64,000 bases of DNA from Octopus vulgaris (lineage: Eukaryota), in contig OX597839.1 in assembly GCA_951406725.2 (NCBI GenBank), forward strand, positions 13,454,001 to 13,518,000, written 5' to 3'. Below are positions 54,077 to 64,000 of the stretch, one piece after another. Each line of letters opens with the position of its first letter. The stretch's first letter is position 1. A program made the position numbers and the translations under genes. Under the pieces are notes generated by a model. The model was given only the letters and a program-made list of their open reading frames with translations, searched no databases and had not been told where the DNA came from.

Positions 54077-54291
54077 TGGTTTCCGCTTCATCGGGGAATT
54101 ATCTCCCTTTGCAGGTTAAAGGACACCGTGATGGTGTCGGGCCTATCTGGCGACGTCGATGTTCGCCTGGGGCTAAATGCAACAGTAACACCCCCACCAC
54201 CCTGCCCTGTCCCTAGCCATATTCAGATGGCTTTAGTCCCTTATGTTATCGAGCAGTTACTGTCTATATCTCTTTTAGAGAATTATTATTG

Positions 54292-54341
<50 letters not shown>

Positions 54342-54739
54342 TATGTTACAAAAAGAAAATAGAAACTATACGTGGAAATGTAAGGGGAACGTAAGAAGAA
54401 AAATAAGTGAAAATGCACATACACATATATACATATATACATATATACATATATATACACACACGCACACACATCATCATCATCATTATCATCATTTAGC
54501 ATCCGCTTTCCATGCTAGCATGGGTTGGACGGTTCAACTGGGGTCTGGGAAGCCAGAAGGCTGCACCAGGCCCAGTCTGATTTGGCAATGTTTCTACGGC
54601 TGGATGCCCTTCCTAACGCCAACCACTCCGTGAGTGTAGTAGGTGCTTTTTACGTGCCAGACGGGGATTGGCAAATGGCCACGGTCGGCTGGTGCTTTTT
54701 ATGTGCCACACATATATATATATATATGCATATATATAT

Positions 54740-54801
<62 letters not shown>

Positions 54802-55769
54802 GCCACCATCTCTATCCTACTGACTTCCTCTCTCTCTTTCTCTCTCCTTCTCCTGCACATCCCTCAGGTTGGGTAACCATGTATTTCCTTCATGGCAGCG
54901 CACCTATTTCTATCTTCATTCCTAGTCTCTCTCCCTCCCCCCTCTCTCTCTCCCTTTGTACCTCCTCTACTGCAAGACACCTGTGTGAGTATGTGTCTGT
55001 GTTTGTCTCCCACCATCACTCGACAACCGATGTTGGTGTGTTTACATCCCCGTAACTCAGCAGTTCGGCAAAGAGACCGATAAAATAAGTATTAGGCTTA
55101 CAAAGAGTAAGTTCTGGGATCGATTTGTTTGAGTAAAGACATTGCTCCAGTATGGCTGCAGTCAAATGACTGAAACAAGTAAAAGAATAAAAAAAAATAA
55201 TGAGAACAAGGAAATTGCAGCAAAGCTGCATGGAAGTGGTGCCAGATGTGGCATGAGGATCATCACTTGACTTGTTTTATTCTCCTCTTCCTATTTACAA
55301 ATTCAGTGTGAACATGCGCATTTGGTGTTCATACTTCTTTTTCTAACTCCTACTCAAAACTGTTTACAGATCACAACCGTCTCATGAATGTGCGTTCTTG
55401 AGGAGCACTTCACACTCCGATGGTTGTGAAAAAAATATATAGATTAATAAAAGAGTTGAAATGAAATATAAAATGTTGAAACTGGTGGAAAGTTGTTTGT
55501 GTACGACGTGTTTCTTTAGACAAGTTGTGGGCAAGCTGTGGCACATGGGACTTACTGGATGGTACACCACCAAAAAAAAAATTACCTTGAATTTTTAAAT
55601 TTTTTTTTATATAGTGTGGCCCTCTTCTTGACAAACCATGTCTCATGTGGCCTGCATCAAATATAAGGGATTGGGTAGGGGTTGCCCTTGCCTGATCTAG
55701 AAGAACCTTAAGATGAATATATTTAGAAATTAGATACATGTCAGTTGTTGTTTGTTATTGTAGTTGTGA

Positions 55770-56385
55770 TGGTGGTGGTTGGAGTCTGGAGGAGGAGGAG
55801 GGGAGGAGATGTGGTGGTGGTGGTGAGGATGATGATAATGATGACAATGATGATGTGGAGGGGGAGGAAGTATATTATCATGGTGGTGAGGGGGAGGAGG
55901 AGGGTGATGATGATGGAGGAAGAGGAGGAGAGTAGTGCCAGTGGTGGTAGTGACAATGATGATGAAGAGGAGAGGATAAGGAGGTGGTGGTGGTGATGAT
56001 GATAAAGATGATGATGATGATGTGGAGGAGGAGGAAGTTTATTACTATGGTGGTGGTGGTGGTGGTGGTGGTGGAGAAGGAAGAGATGGGATAAGGAGGT
56101 GGTGGTGGTGGTGAGGATGATGATAAAGATGACGATGATGGTGATGATGTGGAGGAGGAGGAAGTTTATTATTATGGTGGTGAGGGGGAGGAGGGGGATG
56201 ATGATGGAGGAAGGAGAGTAGTGCCAGTGGTGGTATTGACAATGATGATGATGAGAAAGAAGAGGAAGAGAAGGAGGGGCATAAGGAGGTGGTGGTGATG
56301 ATAAAGATGACAATGATGATGATGTGGAGGAGGAGGAAGTTTATTACTATGGTGGTGGTGGTGGTAGTGATGATGATGATGATGT
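55770..56385. repeat. (GGT/GAT/GGA)n low-complexity tract with higher-order block duplication
   Basis: GATGATGTGGAGG(A/G)GGAGGAAGT(T/A)TATTA occurs four times; GGAGAGTAGTGCCAGTGGTGGTA occurs twice, about 285 bp apart. Confidence 0.85.
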
Positions 56386-57467
56386 TAATGTGTTTAAATA
56401 CAAACTGTATGCAGTAAGATATTTTGTTTGTTTTTTTTAAAGAAAAGACAAATATAAGTTGATACATTTTTCGACACTTAAAGTAGCAAGATCTCTTTTG
56501 GAATGTTTTCCCAGTGGTAAATCTCTTGACCTCTTGACACGTCTTGACCTTAAACAAATATTTAAGTAAATGAATAAACAGGAGAATGACACAAGAGGGG
56601 AAGAGATGTCAGTTGACAGAGCATGACTTGGAGGAGTTGGTTGTGACTGGTGATGGATTTACGGACACAGTAGCTGGGAGATGCTCTCTCTCTCTACCTC
56701 TCTCTCTCTCTCATACACATTCACGCATTCACATACACACACATATATGCGCACTATTTTTCACAGACACACAGACATGCACATCCACCCCCACACACGA
56801 ACACACATCGTCTTTCACTCTCTTATTCTCTCTCTCTCTCTTTCACTCAGCCTGTTATGTAAAGTTGCCATCATAACTAATCAATTCACACACACACACA
56901 CATGCATTTATTGATACATAACACACACACACACACACACACACATGTAGACACTCATACATTCATGATAAATACATACATATCCATTCATAGATACATA
57001 CATACATATGTACATTCATCATCATCATCATCGTTTAACGTCCGCTTTCCATGCTGGCATGGGTTGGACGGTTCGACTGGGGTCTGGGAAGCCAGGAGGC
57101 TGCACCAGGCCCAGTCTGATCTGGCAGTGTTTCTACAGCTGGATGCCCTTCCTAACGCCAACCACTCCATGAGTGTAGTGGGTGCTTTTTACATGCCACA
57201 TTCATACATAGACACGTAGCTAGATACAAACATACATACATAGTTAGACTGCGGCCACGCTGGAGCACAACCTTCAAGAAATTTTAGTCGAATGAATTGA
57301 CTCCAGTACTTTTTTTAAAGCCTGGTACTTATTCTATCGGTCTGTTTTCCTGAACCTCTAAGTTACAGGGACGCAAACATACCAACACTGGTCGTCAAGC
57401 AGTGATGGGAGATAAACACACACACACACACACACATGGTGTTTGGTAAAAAGTTTTTGGAAAAGTC

Positions 57468-57897
57468 GGATCTTTTCGGTATGAACGGCAGTTTTTTCTA
57501 GCGGTGTCATATGAAATTGTCACCCATAATTATGACCCTAGTATCGATCTATTGCATTTCAATCTGTTTTAGGGTTAGGGTAAGTTAGGATCAGTTAGGG
57601 TTAGGGGTGGGGGGAAGGGTATCTTTTTTTCTTCACAAATGTAAATAAACCCAATCTGTTTCTTAAACGAGGGACATATTCATACGGCACAGAATGTTTT
57701 TACCTCAATGGACGTAATTGATTGGTTAAAATTGCAGAAAGAAAAAAACAACAAATATCTTACAAACTATAGAATTTTCTCAATAAAACCAAGAGAAAAA
57801 GATGTTTTATAAACACAGTCTACCAGTATACGAAATATACAATTTCTTAGTTACCTAGAAATTATGTTAAAAACTGCCGTTCAAACCGAAAAGACCC
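57468..57897. mobile_element. MITE with TIRs of about 29 bp, an 8-bp TSD and internal TTAGGG repeats (Merlin-like)
   Basis: GGATCTTTTCGGTATGAACGGCAGTTTTT / AAAAACTGCCGTTCAAACCGAAAAGACCC; TSD GAAAAGTC at 57460-57467 and 57898-57905. Confidence 0.85.
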
Positions 57898-58660
57898 GAA
57901 AAGTCTTTGGAATAGTGATGGTTACTTGTCTGCTTGGTTCGGGCATAACTACAGATGTGTGCTCCACCAAAAAGGTCGATTTGTTCGAATAAAGCCTCTA
58001 AAGGCGGTGCCCCAGCATGGCCTCAGTCCATTGACTAAAACGATTAAAAGATTAAAATGTTGTCAGAAAGTTACGCGGAAACAAAATCGGAGCTGGGGAG
58101 AGCACAATACTGCGGTTATGCGTTGCTTTCTAATGTAAAGCAGAACTCGTGTTTGAATATAACTTAGAGACAGCGAAACAAAAGAATAACGAATGTGAAA
58201 GAAAGTTATTGCCAAGTGGAATTGGAATGCTAGCCTTTTTGAAAAAGATGGGATTCAATGCTGTCCTCAAAAAACCCCAATGTCTTTCGAAGTTCCGAAG
58301 GCTATCCTTAGATAAGCTCCGTGTTGCCATAAGTATGTAGAATAAGGAGGTCTAAGGGAGGGAACTGTATACTGACTAAATGTATTTTAATCCATGCATG
58401 TGTTTATGTGTGTGCATGTGTATAGTTTGACAAAAGATATCTCTACCCATCTACACTTATTTATATATAGAAGCATAGACAGATAAATCTATTTGTCTGT
58501 CTATCAATCTATCTGTCTGTCTGTCTGTCTGTCTTAGATTGATATTTAAATTAAAAATAATAAGGGTGAAAAATTGAATATTAATTTGATTAACATCAAT
58601 TTAAAACCAGTGGTCTAGCATATTTAAAAATCTGAAATTTCAGAAAAAAATTATATTACA

Positions 58661-58876
58661 TACATATAAAAGCGATGACCTCCAAGTGGACATCCATTAT
58701 GCTAGAAGAAGATCCTCTATGGTCTTACCACTAAGAAAGGAATGTTCTCAGGAAAAATTTAGCAAACGCCTGGCTTTATTTTTTATTGAGAACATTCCTT
58801 CCTTAGTGGGAAGACCATAGCGGATCTTCTTCTAGCATAATGAATGTCCACTTACAGGTCATCCCTTTTATATGTA
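58661..58876. repeat. Imperfect inverted repeat with arms of about 90 bp (MITE or inverted pLTR pair)
   Basis: TACATATAAAAG...GGAATGTTCTCA / TGAGAACATTCC...CTTTTATATGTA. Confidence 0.8.
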
Positions 58877-58884
58877 GAGGCAAG

Positions 58885-59446
58885 TGAAATCGAAATCAAA
58901 ATCAAATTCGATGACTGGCATCCGTGCTAGCGGGGTGCAAAGAGCACCATACGAGTGTGATCGTTGATAGAGCAGCTAACCGGCTTCCATGCCAGTGGCA
59001 CATAAAAGGCACCATTTGAGTGTGATCGTTACCAGCGTCGCCTTACTGGCACTTGTGCCCATGCTAGTAGGGTGCCAAGAGCACCATCCGAGCATGATTG
59101 TTGCCAGAGCAGCTAACTGGCTTCCAAGACGGTGGCACGTAAAAGGCACCATTCGAGTGTGATCATTGCCAGTGCCACTGGACTGGCTCCTGTTAAAGTG
59201 GCATGTAAAAAAAACCATTTTAGCGTGGCCGTTGCCAGTACCACCTGACTGGCCCTCATGCCAGTGGCACGTAAAAGCACCCACTACACTCTTGGAGTGG
59301 TTGGCGTTAGGAAGGGCATCCAGCTGTAGAAACTCTGCCAGATCAAGATTAGAGCCTGGTGCAGCCATCTGGTTCACCAGCCCTCAGTCAAAATCGTCCA
59401 ACCCATGCTAGCATGGAAAACGGATGTTAAACGATGATGATGATGA
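58885..59446 (+). mobile_element. RTE 3' UTR with six tandem modules
   Basis: Six ...AA(A/G)AGCACC-type modules, the standard terminus and (GAT)n. Confidence 0.85.
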
Positions 59447-60742
59447 TAGATAGATAGATAGATAGATAAATAGATACCTATCTTTCCATCTATCCATCTT
59501 TCCATCTATCTATCTATCTATCTATTAATAGAGTGACTCAAAGGCCAAGAATGTTGTGTGTCAGCGCTTACCAAATGAGTTACAGACCAAGGAGTTGCCA
59601 ATTTATATATCAGTGATAACAGTATTTCCCTGGCTAGTTCTGCAACAAATCATAAAAACAACTACAATGTCACGTGGATAATTCATATTTTTCGAATAGT
59701 TTGCCCTTTATACCATTCAATAGGCAAATACATATTTTTCCTGTTTGCATCACCAAATCTCTCTCTCTCCACACACACACATACACGAGTGTGTGGAGAA
59801 ATGAAAGAAAGGCACTCAACCAATTTATTGGGAGTTACATCTATGGATCAAACAGTTTGATTCAAATTCGTTGGTACTCTTGAGTTTCATGTGTGATGCT
59901 AGTCTTCAACCATTTTCAATTTGAATGACAGAAGTTGATTGTTATTACCATAAGGTGGGCTGCGATTGGTCAAGGAAGGTCACGCGGTGACCTGTTTTGG
60001 TGTTGGTATATCAGTAACAGTTAGTTGGAAAATACTGATAGGCGAATAGGAAATTGACCATGTGGAGGACAGGAAATAGACCATGTCACAATTAGAAGTC
60101 ACTCAGGTTGTTAGGGAGGAAGAAGGAGGGGGCTGCCTTTGCAAGTATATAATTCTATATGTGGGTGTGTAAACACGCTCATATAGTTTTGCATGGACAT
60201 GTGTATTGATGAGAGTGTACGCATCTGTACATGTTTAGGAAAATACTATTTACTTCTTTAATGGCTGTACTGGATAAATTGCAAAAATAAGTCTAACAGT
60301 CCAAATACTAAGAAATAAGCATACTCAATTTGATTTATACCAAATAATTTAGGAAAATGAATGGGTTATTTCCCTTGATTGTTAAAATAAAATATATTAG
60401 ATATATATAAGGATCCCTTCCAGGGATTTTTTCAACAACATGAGTATGCCATGAGGTTTCCAGACATGAGTTCTATTCACGTGTCAAGTTTCATCAAAAT
60501 CAATAAAATGAAGTAGGAGGAGTTAGCTAATTACGCCACAAACACACCCACAGACAGAATTTCCCACATATGTAGTAATGTAGTATATATATATATATAT
60601 ATGATGGGCTTCTTTCAGTTTCCATCTACCATATCCACTCAACAGGCTTTGAGAACACTTGCTCAAGATGCCACACAATAGGACTGCACCCGTAAAAATG
60701 TGCACACCTGCACACACATATATATATACTCAACACTCATCT

Positions 60743-62167
60743 ATGTGTGTGTGATTGTCTTTGGGGTTGTGTTTGTCCCCCACCATCACCTTGCAACTGG
60801 TATCGGCTTGTTTATGTCCCTGTAACTTAGTGGTTCAACAAAAAAAACCCCAATAGAGTAAGTATTAGGCTTGATTTGTTTGACTAAACTCTTCAAGGCA
60901 GTGCTCCAGCATGACCACAGTGCACTGACTGACACAACAAAAAGATAACACATACATGTGTATCATCATTATCATTATCATCACCAGTTAACATCTGTTG
61001 TTCATGTTGGCATGAGTTGGATGGTTTGACCAGAGCTGACAAGCTGGGGTGGTGCACCAGACTCCAGTCTGATTTGGCTTGGTTTCTATAGCTGGATGCC
61101 CTTCCTAATGACAACCACTTTACAGTGTGTGCTGGATATGTTTACATGTCACTGCATGGGCACTTTTACATTTTGTCACATCTGTGCTTTTTATGTGGCT
61201 CTGCACAGGCACTTTTATGTGGCACCGCCTTGAGTGCTTTACCCCACCAGTAGGATTGGTCTGAAAGGAATAAGGATCTTGAATCCAGGCAGATATCTTA
61301 AAACCATTCTAGTATAATCTAGGTTTTTGCCAAACCACATCAAATGATATGAAACATGGGAATTGTTTAAGGTAAACAAGTATCATGAAAATTGTTCGAA
61401 AACAATTATTCTAAGAACAGTTATTCAAAATAAATATCATTTGTGTACTTGATTTTTAATTTTATCATTTTTGTTTAAATAAAATTAAAAAAATTTAGAA
61501 TAATTAACATTTCATATAATTGTCCTTTTGAATAAAATTTCATTCATACAATTTTCCATTCAAATAAATGTTTTTCGAATAATTGTTTTCAAATAATTGT
61601 TTTTGAATAATGTTCACATAATCAATAAACAATTATGGTATCATGTGGTGATTAGGAGTTGGGGAGGAAGTTGAAAGGGGTGGTACGCATTGACAGATGT
61701 AAAAATGCACCCACACCACCCCCAACCTCAATCTGCAACATGTGCCCTCTAGATGAATCTTGTCTCTCAAGGACCATAGTATACAGAGCTACCCTTACAC
61801 CATCCAATGGCATTACTAGGCACTATACAAATATGTGTGTGTGATTGTCTTTGTGGTTGTGTTTGTCCCCTACCACCACTTTGCAACTGGTATCAGCTTG
61901 TTTATGTCCCTGTAACTTAGTGGTTCAACAAAAGAAACCAATAGAATAAGTATTAGGCTCGATTTGTTTGACTAAACTCTTCAAGGCAGTGCTCCAGCAT
62001 GGCCACAGTGCACTGACTGACACAACAAAAAGATAACACATACATATGTATCATCATTATCATTATCATCACCATTTAACATCTGTTGTTCATGCTGGCA
62101 TGAGTTGGATGGTTTGACTAGAGCTGACAAGCTGGGGTGCTGCTCTGGACTCCAGTCTGATTTGGCT
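60743..62167. repeat. Local direct duplication of about 335 bp (60743-61079 and 61833-62167) covering a SINE-tail/RTE-tail junction
   Basis: The copies share private variants (GTGCACTGACTGACACAACAAAAAGATAACAC) and the same junction. Confidence 0.9.
61358..61636. mobile_element. Old fold-back MITE with 15-bp GAAAACAATTATTC-type subrepeats
   Basis: Subrepeats are direct at 61398-61430 and inverted at 61577-61610. Confidence 0.4.
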
Positions 62168-62491
62168 AATGACTTCAAGGGAAGACACTCCCAGCATATG
62201 CACTTATTCAGATCCAGGGACAGAGACAACTCTACTTCCCTTCTTTGTTTCTTCTGGAAACTCTGTGATCTCCGAGATGAAATAACCAGCATCAAGTAGA
62301 CTATTGTCGACATAGCATCACCATATTCTCCTGGTGCCCCCAACTGCCCGCTCTGCCTCTGTGAAAAACTGCATATCCTCCAACAACCTGCAGTATCCAT
62401 CAACTAGAAATATGATTTATCGTATTGCTGTCACCAGAGATGTGCCCTTCTGGTAAATTTCAGGTCTCTGACTGCCGACAACCTGGATATA
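62168..62491 (+). pseudogene. Penelope-like GIY-YIG endonuclease C-terminal half (probably Naiad-type)
   Basis: One frame reads FKGRHSQHMHLFR...NSTSL..FFWKL...SIK*TIVDIASPYSPGAPNCPLCLCEKLHIL...IN*KYDLSYCCH. This fits the FKxRxxxH / NSTxLSxxxW / CxLCxxEK / CRH pattern I recall for PLE endonucleases. Confidence 0.75.
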
Positions 62492-62492
62492 C

Positions 62493-62722
62493 CTATTTCT
62501 TTACTACCCACAAGGGGCTAAACACAGAGAGAACAAACAAGGACAGACCAACGGATTAAGTCGATTATATCGACCCCAGTGCATAACTGGTACTTAATTT
62601 ATCGACCCCGAAAGGATGAAAGGCAAAGTTGACCTTGGCGGAATTTGAACTCAGAACGTAACGAAATACGGCTACGCATTTCTCCCGGTGTGCTAACGTT
62701 TCTGCCAGCTCGCCACCCTCTT
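62493..62722 (-). mobile_element. SINE family B, young full-length copy
   Basis: 13-bp TSD AACCTGGATATAC (62480-62492, 62723-62735). Confidence 0.92.
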
Positions 62723-63510
62723 AACCTGGATATACTACCTTAGTACCAGCTGCTACTCTGCACTGCCTGCACCAAGGTCACCATTACCAACCAACTCCAT
62801 GAGCAGGACTGCCATTTACCAATCCCCTACGTTCACCAACCCCCAACACATGCCAATCCCCAATGCCCATCACTTGTTTTGCACGTGTATACATGTACAT
62901 GTGCACACACATGCATGTGTGCCTGCACACTGGTATGCTTGCTTACATGTATGTACATATGAATGAATATGCATGTGTATGTGTGCATATGCGTGTGTAT
63001 GTGTGTGCACGTGCATGCATGTTTATCCAAGTCTGTGTTTGTGAATAAGTCCTGGGGTTGATTTGCTCGACTAACAGTGGTGCTCCAGCATGGCCACAGT
63101 CAAATGACTGAAACAAGTAAAAGGTATAAAAGAATACCAGATACATAGCCGCTCAAATATGTGCATATGTTTACACATTAGACAATTAAGCAAAAAAGTA
63201 CTCAAAACTATAAAATAGTGGATAATGAGTTTTTTCAGATTTATTCAGAGCTGAAGTCTTGCAATTCATTACTCGACATTATTGCACACCTCACACATCA
63301 AGCAAACTTCCTCTTTGATGTCTAAACATGATTCATCAAATATCTCAATCAATCAGATAAAGGTATATGTGACACATTTGTATGCGCTTTAAAAAATAAT
63401 AAATTGCTACAGATTATGTGTTTGATTCATCTTACGTTTCAACTAATCCCTCCTCATTCTTTCCTCAGCCAATCAGAAGTTAGCTACAATGTTTAATGTA
63501 ATATCTTTAA

Positions 63511-63872
63511 CTAGCACTATGACCCAGCAACGCCAGGTCATAGTGCTAGTGCATGCATATACAGCTGCGTGCATACACATACACGCGAGTACTGTCCAAA
63601 TCTCTGACCAGTCACATACAGCTAGCTGGCATTCAATTGGCGTATCAAGTTTCGGGCATTTTGATTGGGTTTTGGATAGAAAATTCATAAAAAAGTCACT
63701 TCTATTGAGTTTTTAATGGCTTTGCAGGGTGACTGGGGAAATGTAAAGATGTGCACGACCACCCTTGGACGGTTTTGAATGACCGTAGAAAGTGCAAGCC
63801 CTCTAACTGAAAAATTGTGGATTTGTATAAAGGACACACACACAGACATTTTGCCGTTTATATATATAGAGA
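63511..63872 (-). mobile_element. Non-autonomous Helitron
   Basis: The minus strand begins A|TCTCTATATATATAAACGGC and ends in a GC-rich hairpin plus ATAGTGCTAG|T, with no TSD. Confidence 0.75.
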
Positions 63873-64000
63873 TAATACATATAGGAAGTATGCTTGCAAT
63901 ATCGTGAACCCCTATCTTGTTCAGGACATTGGCCTGGAAACTGTTCAGAGACGTGCAACCAAGTGAATACCCTCCATCAGGCATCTCCCAAATTCTGAAC

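Larger units (their letters stand above)
53440..54293 (+). mobile_element. Retrozyme-like non-autonomous retroelement: circularly permuted 361-nt unit, inverted 1.03 copies plus direct 1.34 copies
   Basis: Period of 361 on both arms (53440/53801 and 53810/54171), 372-bp inverted arms, a hammerhead motif in each unit and (TA)n on both flanks. No credible ORF. Confidence 0.8.

Noticed and set aside
54169-54263. HDV-like or twister ribozyme call for the pseudoknot module
   Set aside because: The HDV P3, P1.1, P4 and J4/2 elements are missing, and TAACAC...CTGCC..GTCCC-TAGC has no twister 3' partner strand. Kept only as an unclassified structure.
54065-54394. ORF MVRVWFPLHRG... (also 53406-53624 on -)
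   Set aside because: It starts inside the ribozyme stem III and runs into (TA)n; it is duplicated only because the repeat is.
63425-63470. Minus-strand CTGAGGA...GAAACGTA
   Set aside because: The core words are present but stems I and II barely pair; at best a heavily decayed remnant.

Overview
This is AT-rich, microsatellite- and transposon-dense animal DNA that looks intronic or intergenic. The repeat families (three tRNA-type SINEs, RTE LINE 3' ends with (GAT)n tails) look like Octopus; that is an inference from recall, not a search. Almost all ORFs in the supplied track are artefacts of simple repeats. The only clear protein homologies belong to decayed transposons: an RTE LINE ORF2 with a PHD-like finger (46860-49735, -), a Tc1 element (15080-16632), a DD37D-type element (52585-53418), mariner fragments, an R4/Dong-like RT fragment and two Penelope-like GIY-YIG fragments. 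I recognise no host gene; there are only weak minus-strand exon candidates at 1-133 and 7401-7641. The main find is at 53440-54293. It is a very young, non-coding, GC-rich 361-nt unit present as circularly permuted, more-than-unit-length copies in inverted orientation inside a (TA)n tract. Each copy carries a variant minimal type I hammerhead ribozyme motif, which makes it a candidate retrozyme (circular-RNA retroelement). Five further distinct families of minimal hammerhead core or half-core sit in short islands next to (TA)n elsewhere in the window. All alignments and base pairings were done by eye, and boundaries of old repeats are approximate.
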